Shown here in pieces: positions 32,505-43,801 of a DNA stretch of 64,000 nt. Numbering within the stretch: the stretch's first letter is position 1; the number at the start of each line of letters is the position of its first letter. The position numbers were made by a program, and so were the translations under genes. Under the pieces are notes generated by a model. That model searched no databases, had not been told where the DNA came from, and worked only from the letters and a program-made list of their open reading frames with translations. This stretch comes from Spirochaetota bacterium (GTDB lineage Bacteria; Spirochaetota; UBA12135; COTS27; CAXSBA01), in assembly GCA_965224715.1 (NCBI GenBank), contig OZ245054.1, positions 648,933 through 712,932 on the forward strand, read 5' to 3'.

Positions 32505-32879
32505 ATGCCTACTATTCAGCAATTAGTGAGGAAGGGAAGGAAGAAAGTCATTAAATTGACCAAATCTAAAGCATTGCGAAGATCGCCTCAAAAACGTGGT
32601 GTTTGCACCCGAGTTATGACTGTAACGCCTAAAAAACCGAATTCCGCTCTTAGAAAAGTAGCCAGAGTTAAATTGGTGAATGGATCTGAAGTGACTGCAT
32701 ATATTCCCGGTATTGGCCATAATCTTCAGGAACACTCCATTGTATTGGTTCGAGGAGGTAGGGTAAAGGACTTGCCGGGAGTTAGGTACCATATTGTTCG
32801 TGGAGCTTTAGATACATTGGGGGTGGAAAATCGCAAAAAGGGTCGATCCAAATACGGAGCCAAAAAAGCTAAAAAATAG
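32505..32879 (+). CDS. rpsL: 30S ribosomal protein S12
   Basis: [12 protein letters not shown]..., [10 protein letters not shown]. First gene of the str operon. Confidence 0.97.
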   Translation: MPTIQQLVRKGRKKVIKLTKSKALRRSPQKRGVCTRVMTVTPKKPNSALRKVARVKLVNGSEVTAYIPGIGHNLQEHSIVLVRGGRVKDLPGVRYHIVRGALDTLGVENRKKGRSKYGAKKAKK

Positions 32880-32902
32880 TCCAGGTTGGGTAGAAAGATA
32901 AG

Positions 32903-33379
32903 ATGTCCAGAAAAAAGATAGTTTATAAGACCAGAGAAAGCATTGTACCTGACCCTATTTACAATAGTGAGTTGGTTTCACAGTTTATTAATCGACTGAT
33001 GAAAAGTGGCAAAAAAAGTATTGCATCTCGAATTTTTTATTCTGTGATTAAGGAGTTGGATAAAGCTTTTGATAATAAAGGTATTGAGGAATTTTATAAA
33101 GCTATCAATAACTGCTCTCCAGAAGTAGAAGTAACTTCTCGGCGGATTGGGGGTGCTAACTATCAGGTTCCAACTCAGGTTCGCGATAAACGAAAACGTT
33201 ATTTGGCGATTCGCTGGTTGATTGTCAGTGCTAAGTCTCGTTCCGGCAAGAGTATGATAGAAAAATTAGTGGGTGAAATTAAAGACGCTTGTAATAATAC
33301 CGGTGGTGCAGTTAAAAAGAAAGAAGAGGTTTTTCGTATGGCTGAAGCCAATAAGGCATTTGCTCATTATCGTTGGTAA
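32903..33379 (+). CDS. rpsG: 30S ribosomal protein S7
   Basis: 158 aa. RRIGGANYQVP and the ...AFAHYRW terminus. Confidence 0.97.
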   Translation: MSRKKIVYKTRESIVPDPIYNSELVSQFINRLMKSGKKSIASRIFYSVIKELDKAFDNKGIEEFYKAINNCSPEVEVTSRRIGGANYQVPTQVRDKRKRYLAIRWLIVSAKSRSGKSMIEKLVGEIKDACNNTGGAVKKKEEVFRMAEANKAFAHYRW

Positions 33380-33442
33380 TTTAAAGTTATAGGGAAACAA
33401 TTAGTATTTAATCGGAGTTTTAATAATCTTAGAAATAGTCAA

Positions 33443-35527
33443 ATGGCAAGAACTTATCCACTTGAGAAATATCGAAATATTGGGATTATGGCTCATATCG
33501 ATGCTGGTAAAACCACCTGTACTGAGAGAATTTTGTTTTATACCGGGCGTACTCATAAAATTGGAGAAGTCCATGATGGGGCAGCTGAGATGGATTGGAT
33601 GGAGCAGGAAAAAGAGAGAGGAATTACCATTACTTCCGCGGCAACTACCTGTTTTTGGAAAGATTGCCATATTCAGATTATCGATACTCCAGGACATGTT
33701 GACTTTACTGTTGAAGTAGAAAGATCTCTTAGAGTCCTGGATTCTGCGGTAGGAGTTTTCTGCGCTGTGGCAGGAGTACAGCCTCAATCGGAAACGGTTT
33801 GGCGTCAAGCTAATCGGTATAAGGTTCCTCGGATGGTTTTTGTGAATAAAATGGATCGAGTTGGAGCTGATTTTTATCGGGTAATCCAAAGTTTAAAAGA
33901 TAAACTCCATGCTAATGTTGTGCCTGTTTCTATCCCGGTAGGAGCAGAGGATGCCTTTGAAGGGATTGTTGACCTTATCGATATGAAGGAGAAGCTTGAT
34001 GACTCAAATGATAGAGGAGCTACTCTCCATATTAAAGATATCCGTCCAGAACTTAAAAACAAAGCGGAAGAATATCGAGAAAAAATGCTAGAATCTCTTT
34101 CCGATGTTAATGATGAGATTGCAGAAAAATATTTAGAGGGTAAAGAGATTACCTCGGATGAAATTAAGAAAGCTATTCGTCAAGCTACTATTGAGGTGAA
34201 GATTTTTCCTATGACCTGTGGAACCGCTTTTAAAAATAAGGGAGTGAGTGCTCTTCTTGATAATGTCATAGAATTCTTTCCTTCACCTCCTGAGGTTCCT
34301 GATATTCGTGGCTTTGATATTAATGATGCAGAAAAGGAAATGGTTCGTCGTTCTAGTGATGACGAGCCTTTTTCAGCTCTGGCTTTTAAGATTATGACAG
34401 ATCCTCATGTAGGACGTCTTAGTTTTATTCGGATTTATTCAGGAGTATTGAAAAAAGGCGACTCAATTTTAAATGTGAGTACTGGGAAAAGGGAAAGAAT
34501 TGGTCGGCTTCTCAGAATGCATGCCAATAATCGTGAACAGATTGACGAGGCTTATGCTGGTGATATTGTTGCTTGTGTAGGAATCAAAGTGACAACAGGG
34601 GATACCCTGTGTTCTGAAACTAACCCCATACAGCTGGAAAGTATGGTTTTTCCTGACCCTGTTATTAAGGTTGCGGTTGAACCTAACAGTAAGGTAGATC
34701 AAGAGAAGATGACAGTAGCCTTACAAAAACTGGCGGAAGAAGATCCCACTTTTAAGGTAGAGATGGATCAAGAAATGGGACAAACCCTTATTTCTGGGAT
34801 GGGAGAGCTGCACTTGGAGATCATTGTAGATCGGATGATGAGGGAGTTTAAGGTTCAGGCTAATGTGGGTAAACCTCAGGTAGCTTATCGTGAATCGATT
34901 CGTAAGGTGGTAGAGAAAATTGAAACTAAATATATTAAGCAGACAGGTGGACGTGGACAATATGGTCATGTAGTCTGTGCTTTTGCTCCTGGAGAAAAAG
35001 GAAAGGGCTTGGTTTTTGAAAATCTGATTACCGGAGGGCGTATTCCCAAGGAATATATTCCGCCGGTACAACAGGGAATTGAGGAAGCAATGCGAAGCAG
35101 TATTTTGGCTGGTTATCCCATGGTTGACCTCAACGTGAAATTATTGGATGGATCTTATCATGATGTTGATTCCAGTGAGATGGCGTTTAAAATTGCGGGA
35201 TCTCAGTGTTTTAAGGAAGGGGTCTCACAGGCTGATCCTTTTATATTGGAGCCGATATTCGCTGTAGAGGTAGAATGTCCTGAAGAAAACATGGGTGATG
35301 TTATGGGAGATTTAAATTCTCGACGCGGTAAGATTCTGGGAATGGAAGATGTGGGACAGAGCAAGTTGGTTAAAGCTCATGTACCTTTATCTGAAATGTT
35401 TGGTTATTCGACTGACCTTCGGTCCAAGACTCAGGGACGGGCGACATATAGTATGGAGTTTCACTCCTATGAAGAGGTGCCTAAAAGCATCGCTGAAGAA
35501 ATCATCAAGAAGGCTAAGGGAGCTTAG
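33443..35527 (+). CDS. fusA: elongation factor G
   Basis: 694 aa. [22 protein letters not shown] GTPase motifs. Confidence 0.97.
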   Translation: MARTYPLEKYRNIGIMAHIDAGKTTCTERILFYTGRTHKIGEVHDGAAEMDWMEQEKERGITITSAATTCFWKDCHIQIIDTPGHVDFTVEVERSLRVLDSAVGVFCAVAGVQPQSETVWRQANRYKVPRMVFVNKMDRVGADFYRVIQSLKDKLHANVVPVSIPVGAEDAFEGIVDLIDMKEKLDDSNDRGATLHIKDIRPELKNKAEEYREKMLESLSDVNDEIAEKYLEGKEITSDEIKKAIRQATIEVKIFPMTCGTAFKNKGVSALLDNVIEFFPSPPEVPDIRGFDINDAEKEMVRRSSDDEPFSALAFKIMTDPHVGRLSFIRIYSGVLKKGDSILNVSTGKRERIGRLLRMHANNREQIDEAYAGDIVACVGIKVTTGDTLCSETNPIQLESMVFPDPVIKVAVEPNSKVDQEKMTVALQKLAEEDPTFKVEMDQEMGQTLISGMGELHLEIIVDRMMREFKVQANVGKPQVAYRESIRKVVEKIETKYIKQTGGRGQYGHVVCAFAPGEKGKGLVFENLITGGRIPKEYIPPVQQGIEEAMRSSILAGYPMVDLNVKLLDGSYHDVDSSEMAFKIAGSQCFKEGVSQADPFILEPIFAVEVECPEENMGDVMGDLNSRRGKILGMEDVGQSKLVKAHVPLSEMFGYSTDLRSKTQGRATYSMEFHSYEEVPKSIAEEIIKKAKGA

Positions 35528-35576
35528 TTTGATGAATGTATTTAAGATAACAAATTGAATTTAAGGAGAGCTGACA

Positions 35577-36773
35577 ATGGCTAAAGAAAAATTTGTTCGA
35601 GATAAAGAACACGTAAATGTGGGAACCATCGGTCATGTCGATCATGGTAAAACAACACTAACTGCGGCGATCACTGCTTATGCGGGCGCTCAGGGAATGG
35701 GTCAGGTTATGAAATATGATGAAATTGATAATGCTCCGGAAGAAAAAGCACGGGGGATTACCATCAATACTTCTCATGTGGAATACAAAACCGATAAAAG
35801 GCATTATGCTCATGTCGATTGTCCTGGGCATGCTGACTATATCAAAAATATGATTACTGGGGCAGCTCAGATGGATGGTGCCATTCTGGTGATTGCGGCT
35901 ACCGATGGGCCGATGGCTCAAACTCGGGAACATATCCTTCTGGCTCGTCAAGTAAATGTGCCCTATATTGTGGTTTTTTTGAATAAGGTTGATCAAGTTG
36001 ATGATCCAGAGTTATTAGAGTTGGTGGAAGTAGAGGTGCGTGAACTTTTATCCAAATATCAGTTCCCTGGAGATGATATTCCTGTTATCAAGGGATCTGC
36101 TCTTAAGGCTATGGAAGATATCGCTGCCGGTAATATAGAAACCGATAATACCAAATGTATTAAAGAGCTTCTTGAGACTATAGACAATTATATTCCGACT
36201 CCTGAGAGGGAGGTTGATAAGCCACTTCTTCTACCTGTTGAAGATGTTTTTTCTATTCAAGGTCGTGGTACTGTTGTAACCGGTCGAATAGAAACTGGTA
36301 AAGTGAAGGTAGGTGATAAAGTAGAGATTGTGGGTATTCGTGATACTCAAGAAACTACCGTTACCGGAGTAGAGATGTTTCGTAAAGAGATGGATGAAGC
36401 TCAAGCAGGAGATAATGTTGGTCTTCTTACCCGAGGAATTGATCGTGATCAGGTGCAAAGAGGTCAGGTTATCTGTCAACCTAAAAGTATCAATCCTCAT
36501 AGTCACTTTAAAGCTGAAATTTATGTTCTCAGTAAGGATGAGGGTGGGCGGCATAAGCCTTTTTTTAATGGATATCGTCCACAATTTTATTTTCGAACCA
36601 CTGACATTACCGGAATGATTAAGATAGAACAGGAAATGCTTATGCCTGGTGATAATGCTAAGATCGAAGTTGAACTTCTTCATACCATTGCGATGGATAA
36701 AGGTAGTAAATTTGCGATTCGAGAAGGTGGTCGAACAGTTGGTGCTGGGGTGGTAACTGATATCGTTAAATAA
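35577..36773 (+). CDS. tuf: elongation factor Tu
   Basis: 398 aa. [22 protein letters not shown] motifs. Confidence 0.97.
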   Translation: MAKEKFVRDKEHVNVGTIGHVDHGKTTLTAAITAYAGAQGMGQVMKYDEIDNAPEEKARGITINTSHVEYKTDKRHYAHVDCPGHADYIKNMITGAAQMDGAILVIAATDGPMAQTREHILLARQVNVPYIVVFLNKVDQVDDPELLELVEVEVRELLSKYQFPGDDIPVIKGSALKAMEDIAAGNIETDNTKCIKELLETIDNYIPTPEREVDKPLLLPVEDVFSIQGRGTVVTGRIETGKVKVGDKVEIVGIRDTQETTVTGVEMFRKEMDEAQAGDNVGLLTRGIDRDQVQRGQVICQPKSINPHSHFKAEIYVLSKDEGGRHKPFFNGYRPQFYFRTTDITGMIKIEQEMLMPGDNAKIEVELLHTIAMDKGSKFAIREGGRTVGAGVVTDIVK

Positions 36774-36793
36774 TATTTTTTAAAGTAATAGAA

Positions 36794-37102
36794 ATGGTCG
36801 GACAGAGAATACGTATAAATTTAAAATCATTTGATAATCGAGTGATAGAACGATCTGTTCATCTCATCGTTGAATCTGCTCTAAAAAGTGGTGCTAAAGT
36901 ATCAGGTCCGGTCTTTCTTCCTACCAAGATTAAAAAGTTTACCGTTTTGAAGTCACCTCATGTTAACGTTACGGCGCGAAACCAATTTGAAATGAGAGTT
37001 CACAAACGGCTCATCGATATTTATGATACTACAGCTGAGACTATGGACTCTCTGATGGGAATACAGCTTCCGGATGGTGTAGATATTCAAGTTAAGCAAT
37101 AG
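36794..37102 (+). CDS. rpsJ: 30S ribosomal protein S10
   Basis: 102 aa. QRIRINLKSFD... LPT....TVL.SPHV. Confidence 0.95.
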   Translation: MVGQRIRINLKSFDNRVIERSVHLIVESALKSGAKVSGPVFLPTKIKKFTVLKSPHVNVTARNQFEMRVHKRLIDIYDTTAETMDSLMGIQLPDGVDIQVKQ

Positions 37103-37131
37103 ATAGACTAAAGGATAAAGAGGCAGAAATA

Positions 37132-37743
37132 GTGAAGCTAATCGGTCAGAAAGTTGGAATGACTCACATCTTTGATGATGCAGGAGTTGAGATGCCGGTA
37201 ACTTTAATTGAAATTAAAGGAAATAAAGTAGTAGGGCTTCGCACCCGAGAAAAAAACGGTTATGATGCTGTTCAGGTTGGCTATGGGATCAACAAGAAAG
37301 ATAAACGTAAAGCGATGGTAAGAGCTTATAGTGAGGGAAAAGTTCCTCGACTTGTTCGAGAGTTTCGAGGAGGAGGAGATAGCTTCAAGTCAGGCAATGA
37401 ACTAACGGTATCCCTCTTTGAAGGGGTTGATTATGTTGACGTTCAAGGAGTTTCTATTGGCAAGGGATTTCAAGGAGTGGTTAGAAAATTTGGTATGTCC
37501 GGAGGTCCTGATACTCATGGTTCTAAATTTCATCGCCATCCAGGGTCTATCGGAAATCGATCTTTTCCCGGTCGGATTTGGAAAGGCAAAAAGTTACCTG
37601 GTCGTATGGGTGGAAAAACTGTAACGGTACAAAATTTAAAGTTGATTAAGGTAGATATAGAAAACAATGTTCTATTAGTGCGGGGAGCGGTGCCAGGGCC
37701 TAATCATGGTTTGGTCTCTGTTAAGAAGGCGGTTAAGAAATAA
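37132..37743 (+). CDS. rplC: 50S ribosomal protein L3
   Basis: 203 aa, GTG start. GQKVGMT.IF and FQGVV.....GGP..HGS motifs. Confidence 0.93.
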   Translation: MKLIGQKVGMTHIFDDAGVEMPVTLIEIKGNKVVGLRTREKNGYDAVQVGYGINKKDKRKAMVRAYSEGKVPRLVREFRGGGDSFKSGNELTVSLFEGVDYVDVQGVSIGKGFQGVVRKFGMSGGPDTHGSKFHRHPGSIGNRSFPGRIWKGKKLPGRMGGKTVTVQNLKLIKVDIENNVLLVRGAVPGPNHGLVSVKKAVKK

Positions 37744-38390
37744 TGAAGTTTCCTGTTAAAGATCATCACTTTCAAGAAGTCGGTCAAATTGACCTTCCTT
37801 CTCATTTTGAAGAAAAGGTATCTTTCGGCGCAGTCTATGACTCTATCAAAAGTGAGTTAAATAATAAACGACAAGGAAATGCTTCCACGAAAACAATGTC
37901 CGAGGTTAAAGGGAGCGGAAAAAAGCCTTTTCGTCAAAAAGGAACTGGTCGAGCCCGATCCGGTAGTCGTAAGTCTCCTTTGTGGAGGGGGGGAGGAATA
38001 ACTTTTGGGCCCCGTAAAAGAGATTATACTTATAACCTGCCTGCCAAAGTGAAGCAGAAAGCCTTAAGGTCCATTCTTGCTGATTTGAGAGAGAGTAACC
38101 GTTTCTCGGTGATGTCAGATTTAGAATTAAATGAATATAAAACTAAAACTGTTGCCGATATTTTTAGAAGCCTTAAAGAAAAAAGATTAGTTTGGGTTAT
38201 TTCTACTAAAGAGAAAAGTTCATATTATATACAGCGTTCAGCATCTAATATGGCTACTCTCCGTCTTTTTAATGTAGAGTCTTTAGAGTTAAAAGATATT
38301 TTCTATGCTGATCATGTTGTTTTTTCAGTATCAGCTATTCAGGTTTTGACAGATAGAGATAAGGGAGATGAAAGAAAGCTAGGGAAGTGA
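37743..38390 (+). CDS. rplD: 50S ribosomal protein L4
   Basis: 215 aa. KPFRQKGTGRAR.GS...P.WRGGG..FGP. TAATG overlap with rplC. Confidence 0.93.
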   Translation: MKFPVKDHHFQEVGQIDLPSHFEEKVSFGAVYDSIKSELNNKRQGNASTKTMSEVKGSGKKPFRQKGTGRARSGSRKSPLWRGGGITFGPRKRDYTYNLPAKVKQKALRSILADLRESNRFSVMSDLELNEYKTKTVADIFRSLKEKRLVWVISTKEKSSYYIQRSASNMATLRLFNVESLELKDIFYADHVVFSVSAIQVLTDRDKGDERKLGK

Positions 38391-38404
38391 GTTGAAATAG
38401 TTTT

Positions 38405-38692
38405 ATGAACTTGAGTGAAGTTTTGATTAAGCCATTGATTACCGAAAAAAGTACTTCTCAGAGGGAGTCTGGGATTTATATATTTCGGATACATCCTTTA
38501 GCAAATAAAATTTTAGTAAAGCAGGCAGTTGAAAAGTTTTTTTCTGTAAAAGTGAATAAGGTTAGAGTGTTAGTGCGGAAGCCTAAAATAAAAACTAATT
38601 TTCGAACTGGGAAGAAAAATAAAAAGTCTGCTATAAGGAAGGCATACGTTTTCATTAAGGGTAAGAGTAAGATACCAGAGTTGGATGCATAA
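38405..38692 (+). CDS. rplW: 50S ribosomal protein L23
   Basis: 95 aa. ..PLITEKS... at N-terminus. Position between L4 and L2. Confidence 0.9.
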   Translation: MNLSEVLIKPLITEKSTSQRESGIYIFRIHPLANKILVKQAVEKFFSVKVNKVRVLVRKPKIKTNFRTGKKNKKSAIRKAYVFIKGKSKIPELDA

Positions 38693-38694
38693 AA

Positions 38695-39546
38695 ATGTTG
38701 GCTAAAGATTATATCGTCAAAAACTATAAACCCACTACTCCTGGTTTACGGGGTAAGGTTTCTGTTCAATGTAGGTTTACTACGGATAAACCTGAGAAAA
38801 CGTTAACTTCTGGCAAGAAGAGTGTTTCTGGACGCGATGGAGCTGGCCGTATTTCGGTTAGGCGAAGAGGTGGTAGTCATAAGAAGGTTTATCGAATTAT
38901 TGACTTTAAACGAAATAAATTTAATATTTGGGCAACGGTAAAATCCATTGAGTACGATCCCAATCGAACCGCCCATATTGCCCTTTTATCTTATGATGAT
39001 GGTGAAAAGCGATATATTCTTGCTACTGAAAATATGGTAGTGGGACAAAGGGTGATGTCATCTGTAGATGCTCGTTGTGAAGAAGGGAATGCAATGCCAT
39101 TAAAGAATATTAATGTTGGTTCCTTTATTCATAATATTGAATTAAATCAAGGTAAAGGCGGGCAACTAGTCCGGTCTGCTGGTGCCTTTGCTCGTCTTTT
39201 AGGCAAGGATGGAAAATATGTGAGTGTAGAGCTTACTTCTGGAGAGGTTAGAAAAATATTTGGAGAGAACTATGCTACGGTTGGTGTGTTGTCTAACAAA
39301 GAAAAGATCAATGAACAAAAAGGCAAGGCGGGCAAGACCCGTTGGGTAGGTCACAGGCCGAAGGTGAGAGGAGTGGTAATGAACCCTGTTGATCATCCTA
39401 TGGGAGGTGGGGAAGGCAAAACTTCGGGAGGGAGGCATCCCTGTTCGCCTACTGGAATTAAGGCAAAGGGATATAAGACCCGTAGTGGAAAGAAATATAG
39501 TACACGTTTTATTGTCCGTAGGCGAAAGATGAAGCGTAGGAAATAG
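38695..39546 (+). CDS. rplB: 50S ribosomal protein L2
   Basis: 283 aa. RGVVMNPVDHPMGGGEGK signature. Confidence 0.97.
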   Translation: MLAKDYIVKNYKPTTPGLRGKVSVQCRFTTDKPEKTLTSGKKSVSGRDGAGRISVRRRGGSHKKVYRIIDFKRNKFNIWATVKSIEYDPNRTAHIALLSYDDGEKRYILATENMVVGQRVMSSVDARCEEGNAMPLKNINVGSFIHNIELNQGKGGQLVRSAGAFARLLGKDGKYVSVELTSGEVRKIFGENYATVGVLSNKEKINEQKGKAGKTRWVGHRPKVRGVVMNPVDHPMGGGEGKTSGGRHPCSPTGIKAKGYKTRSGKKYSTRFIVRRRKMKRRK

Positions 39547-39571
39547 TTGATTTTATAATTATTGTTTTATT

Positions 39572-39841
39572 ATGGCGAGATCAGTTAAAAAAGGTATTTT
39601 TATTAATCCTAAATTGTATAAGAAGTTGAAAAAAGTTGAAGAAAGTGGATCGCATAAACCAATTTCTACCTATTCACGGGCATCAATGATTATCCCTGAG
39701 ATGATCGGTAAGACTATTCATGTTCACAATGGTCGTAAATTTATACCGGTTAAGATTAGTGAGGACTTAATAGGTCATAAGTTGGGAGAATTTGCTCCTA
39801 CAAGATTGTTTAAAGCCCATGGGGGCAATAAGAGAGCTTGA
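39572..39841 (+). CDS. rpsS: 30S ribosomal protein S19
   Basis: 89 aa. MARSVKKG.F. and [25 protein letters not shown]. Confidence 0.95.
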   Translation: MARSVKKGIFINPKLYKKLKKVEESGSHKPISTYSRASMIIPEMIGKTIHVHNGRKFIPVKISEDLIGHKLGEFAPTRLFKAHGGNKRA

Positions 39842-39854
39842 TAGGATTTTAATC

Positions 39855-40322
39855 ATGCCGGAAAAGAAAATGAAAGTATCTTCTCAGAAAAGTGAAACTA
39901 ATCAAGCTTGGGCTATTAAACGTTATGTGCCGATTTCGCGAAGAAAGGTAGCTCGGATAGGAGATATTTGCAAGGGTATTAATGTTGAAGAGGTTAAGTA
40001 TCGTCTTTCTTTTTTTCCTCAGAGAGCTGCTAGAGAAGTATTGGAGGCAGTTAAAACGGCTGAGAATAGTTTTATTAGTAAATTTCCAAATAGTGATATA
40101 GGGAGTTTATTTGTAAAGTTCATAACTGCGGATAAAGGGGCTAGTATGAAACGACTTATGTATCGAGCTCGAGGTAGTGCTGATAGGATACAGAAAAGGT
40201 CATGTCATATTTCTGTAATAGTAGAAGAAAAAGTTGTAAAAGTTTCTAAGCCAGTAAAGTCAGAAAAAAAAGTTATAGAAGAAAAAAGGGATAAAAAAAT
40301 AAATAAACAGGAAAAAGAATAA
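39855..40322 (+). CDS. rplV: 50S ribosomal protein L22 with Lys/Glu-rich C-terminal extension
   Basis: Start moved to the ATG after the rpsS stop (tracked ORF 39792 begins inside rpsS). Core ..A..RYVPISRRKVARIGD.I.G. ~40 extra C-terminal residues (KVSKPVKSEKKVIEEKRDKKINKQEKE). Confidence 0.88.
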   Translation: MPEKKMKVSSQKSETNQAWAIKRYVPISRRKVARIGDICKGINVEEVKYRLSFFPQRAAREVLEAVKTAENSFISKFPNSDIGSLFVKFITADKGASMKRLMYRARGSADRIQKRSCHISVIVEEKVVKVSKPVKSEKKVIEEKRDKKINKQEKE

Positions 40323-41020
40323 TGGGGCAAAAGACTAATCCGATAGGAATGCGTCTTAAGATTAATCGGTCTTGGGATAGTATCTGGTATGCTGAAAAAG
40401 GTTATGCTGATAATTTGGTTGAGGATATTCAAATTCGCCGTTTCATTGAGAAAAAGATTTTTAAAGGCAAAGCTTACAGCCGTGTTGAAATTTCAGATAT
40501 TAAGATTAAACGTTTTCCGAATACAATAGAAATTTTTATTAATTCAAGTCGTCCCGGTCATTTGATTGGGAAGCGAGGTGCGGACATTGATGAACTTAAA
40601 AAGGAATTAAAAAAGATTACTAAAAAAAAAGATATCAATATCAATATTAATGTGAATGAGATCAAGAAGGTGGATTTAGATGCTCGGGTTCTTTCTCAGA
40701 TGGTTGGGAGAATGATTGAGGGGAGGAAGCCCTATAAGAGGTCGATTAAACATGCAATAGCTAGATCGATTAATGCTGGATCTCTTGGCGTTAAGATCAT
40801 GGTGTCAGGGAGATTGGGCGGCTCTGATATGAGTCGAACCGAAACTTTTAAAGAAGGATCCATTCCCCTTCAGACATTTGATTCGATTATCTCTTATGGA
40901 CATTTTGATGCCTTGACTACTTATGGTATTATCGGAGTGACAGTATGGGTTTATGTTGGTCGTAAAAGTAAGAAAAATTTTAAATTGGAAGAGGTTGGAA
41001 ATTTGGTATCTACCAAATAA
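40322..41020 (+). CDS. rpsC: 30S ribosomal protein S3
   Basis: 232 aa. MGQKTNPIG.RL and the KH-domain GKRG..I..L motif. Confidence 0.95.
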   Translation: MGQKTNPIGMRLKINRSWDSIWYAEKGYADNLVEDIQIRRFIEKKIFKGKAYSRVEISDIKIKRFPNTIEIFINSSRPGHLIGKRGADIDELKKELKKITKKKDINININVNEIKKVDLDARVLSQMVGRMIEGRKPYKRSIKHAIARSINAGSLGVKIMVSGRLGGSDMSRTETFKEGSIPLQTFDSIISYGHFDALTTYGIIGVTVWVYVGRKSKKNFKLEEVGNLVSTK

Positions 41021-41032
41021 TCAAAGTAAAAA

Positions 41033-41458
41033 ATGTTATCGCCAAAAAAGGTTAAGTGGAGGAAAACTCAAAGAGGTAAAGCTAAAGGCTTTTCTAAGGG
41101 TGGTTTTAATATTAATTTTGGGGAATTTGGTCTTTGCGCAACTAGTCCCGGTTTTGTTGATAGTCGAGAAATTGAGGCTGCCCGGATCAGTATTAATCGA
41201 GTTTTAAAAAGAGAAGGAAATTTATGGATTCGAATTTTCCCTCATAAATCATTTACTAAAAGAGCTGCAGAAACACGTATGGGTCAAGGTAAGGGAGATA
41301 TTGACTATTACTGTGCTGTGATTAGGCCGGGGAGAATGCTATTTGAAATAGGTGGGGTAAGAGAATCTATCGCCCGTGAAGCTTTTATAAAGGCTTCCCA
41401 TAAGCTCTCGGTGCAAACAAGAATTTTAACCAAGGGAATTGTGTTTAATAATGGATAA
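41033..41458 (+). CDS. rplP: 50S ribosomal protein L16
   Basis: 141 aa. MLSPKKVKWRK.QRG. and RMGQGKG. Confidence 0.95.
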   Translation: MLSPKKVKWRKTQRGKAKGFSKGGFNINFGEFGLCATSPGFVDSREIEAARISINRVLKREGNLWIRIFPHKSFTKRAAETRMGQGKGDIDYYCAVIRPGRMLFEIGGVRESIAREAFIKASHKLSVQTRILTKGIVFNNG

Positions 41459-41621
41459 GCTTTCCATTGATAAGAAGATAGCAGAGTTTAAAAACGAACT
41501 CCGAAAGTTACGTTTTGATATCAGTCTTAATAAGCTTCAGAATACTTCTAAGGTGAAAAAGACTCGAAGAGAAATAGCTCGTCTTTTTACACAGAGAAAT
41601 AAGCCAGAAGAAAAGAAGTAA
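41451..41621 (+). CDS. rpmC: 50S ribosomal protein L29
   Basis: 56 aa from the ATG at 41451, 8-nt overlap with rplP. ...EL..LRF......L.N...V...RR.IAR pattern. Confidence 0.85.
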   Translation: MDKLSIDKKIAEFKNELRKLRFDISLNKLQNTSKVKKTRREIARLFTQRNKPEEKK

Positions 41622-41627
41622 CTTATC

Positions 41628-41885
41628 ATGGAAAAAAGAAGAAAAAGACTTCAGGGATTGGTGGTATCTGATCGGCCTCAAAAATCTATTGTGGTTGAGG
41701 TTAGCACTAAAAAGAAGCATCCTCGGTATGGCAAGCAAATTGTTTGGTCAAAAAAATATATGGTTCATGACGAAAAGGATCAAGGTAGGATGGGAGACAC
41801 AGTTGAGATTGTAGAATCTCGTCTTCGCAGTCGTCGTAAAGCTTTTGAATTAAGTAAGGTTGTTATTAAAGCAGAAAAAATATAG
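41628..41885 (+). CDS. rpsQ: 30S ribosomal protein S17
   Basis: 85 aa. [16 protein letters not shown]....HP.Y.K. Confidence 0.93.
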   Translation: MEKRRKRLQGLVVSDRPQKSIVVEVSTKKKHPRYGKQIVWSKKYMVHDEKDQGRMGDTVEIVESRLRSRRKAFELSKVVIKAEKI

Positions 41886-42253
41886 TGATTCAGTTTCATA
41901 CTCGTTTAAAAGTTGCCGATAACAGTGGTGCTAAAGAAGTGATGTGTATTAAGGTTCCGGGGGGCAGTCACAGGCGTTATGCCTCAGTGGGAGATATTAT
42001 AGTTTGTTCTGTAAAAAAAACTATTCCGAGGTCTAATGTCAAAAAAGGAAGTGTTGTTAAAGGAGTAATAGTTCGCTGTTGTAAAAATATGAAACGAAGA
42101 GATGGTAGTAGTATTAGTTTTGATGATAATGCTGTGATCATAATCGATAATAATAAAAATCCGATTGGAACTCGGGTGTTTGGGCCTGTAGCTAGGGAAC
42201 TACGAGAAAAGAGTTTTATGAAAATCGTATCTTTGGCTCCGGAGGTGATTTAA
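41885..42253 (+). CDS. rplN: 50S ribosomal protein L14
   Basis: 122 aa, GTG start overlapping the rpsQ stop by 1 nt. [14 protein letters not shown]. Confidence 0.95.
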   Translation: MIQFHTRLKVADNSGAKEVMCIKVPGGSHRRYASVGDIIVCSVKKTIPRSNVKKGSVVKGVIVRCCKNMKRRDGSSISFDDNAVIIIDNNKNPIGTRVFGPVARELREKSFMKIVSLAPEVI

Positions 42254-42594
42254 TGGAAAAGAAAAAGATTAAAACCAAACTTAAAGTCAATGATGTTGTA
42301 AAAATCATTTCCGGTAAAGATCGCGGCAAGAAGGGAAAAGTTTTGAGTATAGATTTACTAAAGGAACGTGTAGTTGTTGAAGGAGTAAATAAGGTTCAAA
42401 AAACGATCAAGAAAACTCAAGAAAATCAAACCGGTGGTTTTATAACTCAAGAGTTACCAGTACATATTTCTAATGTTATGTACTTTGATAACGATGCTGA
42501 TAAGAGGGTGAGATTGGGGATCAAGAGATTAGATGGTAAAAAATTCGAAAGATACTCTCGTGTTGATGGTCGAGGAGGTAATAAGGGGAAATAA
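42253..42594 (+). CDS. rplX: 50S ribosomal protein L24
   Basis: 113 aa. KVNDVVKIISGKDRGKKGKVL KOW motif. Confidence 0.93.
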   Translation: MEKKKIKTKLKVNDVVKIISGKDRGKKGKVLSIDLLKERVVVEGVNKVQKTIKKTQENQTGGFITQELPVHISNVMYFDNDADKRVRLGIKRLDGKKFERYSRVDGRGGNKGK

Positions 42595-42595
42595 G

Positions 42596-43138
42596 ATGTT
42601 AAAAGGTAGCAAAGAATATTATCTTAAACATGTGGTACCACAATTGAAAGAGCAATTTAGTTTTTCTTCAGCCATGGAAATTCCATATTTAGAAAAGATT
42701 ATTATTAATATGGGACTTGGAGAAGCTAAGAATAATAAAAATGTTTTAACTGAAGGCATTAATTTTCTCTCTCTTATTGCTGGTCAAAAGGCGATAGCAA
42801 CTGTGGCAAAAAAATCTATTGCTGGTTTTAAAATACGAGAAGGACTAGGTATCGGAGCTATGGTAACCTTACGGAATCAACGTATGTATAGTTTTCTTAC
42901 CAAATTGATCAATGTTTCTCTTCCTCGGGTAAAAGACTTTCATGGTATATCTAGAAAGTCATTTGATCGTCGAGGTAATTTTACTTTGGGGATTACAGAT
43001 TTTAGAATTTTTCCAGAAACTTCTATGATTCATAATAGTACTCTTAAAGGCCTCAGTATTGTTTTTGTTTCTTCGGTTGGAGATGATAAGGTTGCTGAAG
43101 GTTTATTGGAGCAGTTGGGATTACCATTTAAGAAATAA
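42596..43138 (+). CDS. rplE: 50S ribosomal protein L5
   Basis: Start set at the ATG 1 nt after the rplX stop (tracked ORF begins inside rplX). ..INMGLGEA... and ..FDGRGN.TLGI.....FPE. Confidence 0.92.
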   Translation: MLKGSKEYYLKHVVPQLKEQFSFSSAMEIPYLEKIIINMGLGEAKNNKNVLTEGINFLSLIAGQKAIATVAKKSIAGFKIREGLGIGAMVTLRNQRMYSFLTKLINVSLPRVKDFHGISRKSFDRRGNFTLGITDFRIFPETSMIHNSTLKGLSIVFVSSVGDDKVAEGLLEQLGLPFKK

Positions 43139-43145
43139 AAATATT

Positions 43146-43331
43146 ATGGCAAGATTAGCACTTAGAGTTAAAGCAAAGAAGACACCTAAGTTTAAGGTGA
43201 GACAGCATAATCGTTGTGAACTTTGTGGACGTTCACGGGGATTTATTCGCAAGTTTAAGATGTGCAGGATTTGTTTTCGTTACCATGCTCATAACGGGAA
43301 TATTGTAGGAGTTGTGAAGTCCAGTTGGTAG
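43146..43331 (+). CDS. rpsN: 30S ribosomal protein S14, zinc-binding type Z
   Basis: 61 aa from the ATG at 43146. [20 protein letters not shown] Cys4 pattern, ...VKSSW terminus. Confidence 0.92.
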   Translation: MARLALRVKAKKTPKFKVRQHNRCELCGRSRGFIRKFKMCRICFRYHAHNGNIVGVVKSSW

Positions 43332-43390
43332 GAATTTCATAAAAGGCTTCAAAAGGGTTTAATTTATTTAAAGGGTTTAGTTTATTTATT

Positions 43391-43789
43391 ATGGCAGCGA
43401 TAGATATTATTAGTAATGGTTTAAATTGCATTATGAATGCTCAACGGACAGGAAAAGTTAAGGTGCAATTCCCGACCAATAAACTTATGACCGGTATAGT
43501 TGAGGTACTCCTCAAGAAGAACTATATTATTTCGTATGAAAAGGTTGATCAAGATAAAAAGAACTATTTGGTGATAAGCCTTAAGTACAATAATGTAGGG
43601 GAGGGGGTAATCTATGAGATTAAAAGGCATAGTAAAAGTTGTCGTCGCTTTTATAGTAAATATAAAAAGATTCCTCGTGTTAATAATGGTTATGCCACCA
43701 TGATTGTCTCTACATCTAGAGGGATTATGACTGGCAAGGAAGCTCGGGAGAATAGGGTTGGGGGTGAAGTTATTTGTCATATCTTTTAA
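43391..43789 (+). CDS. rpsH: 30S ribosomal protein S8
   Basis: 132 aa. ..D.I...L..I.NA and STSRGIMTGKEAR...VGGEVIC. Confidence 0.95.
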   Translation: MAAIDIISNGLNCIMNAQRTGKVKVQFPTNKLMTGIVEVLLKKNYIISYEKVDQDKKNYLVISLKYNNVGEGVIYEIKRHSKSCRRFYSKYKKIPRVNNGYATMIVSTSRGIMTGKEARENRVGGEVICHIF

Positions 43790-43801
43790 ATTTGGATTAT
43801 T

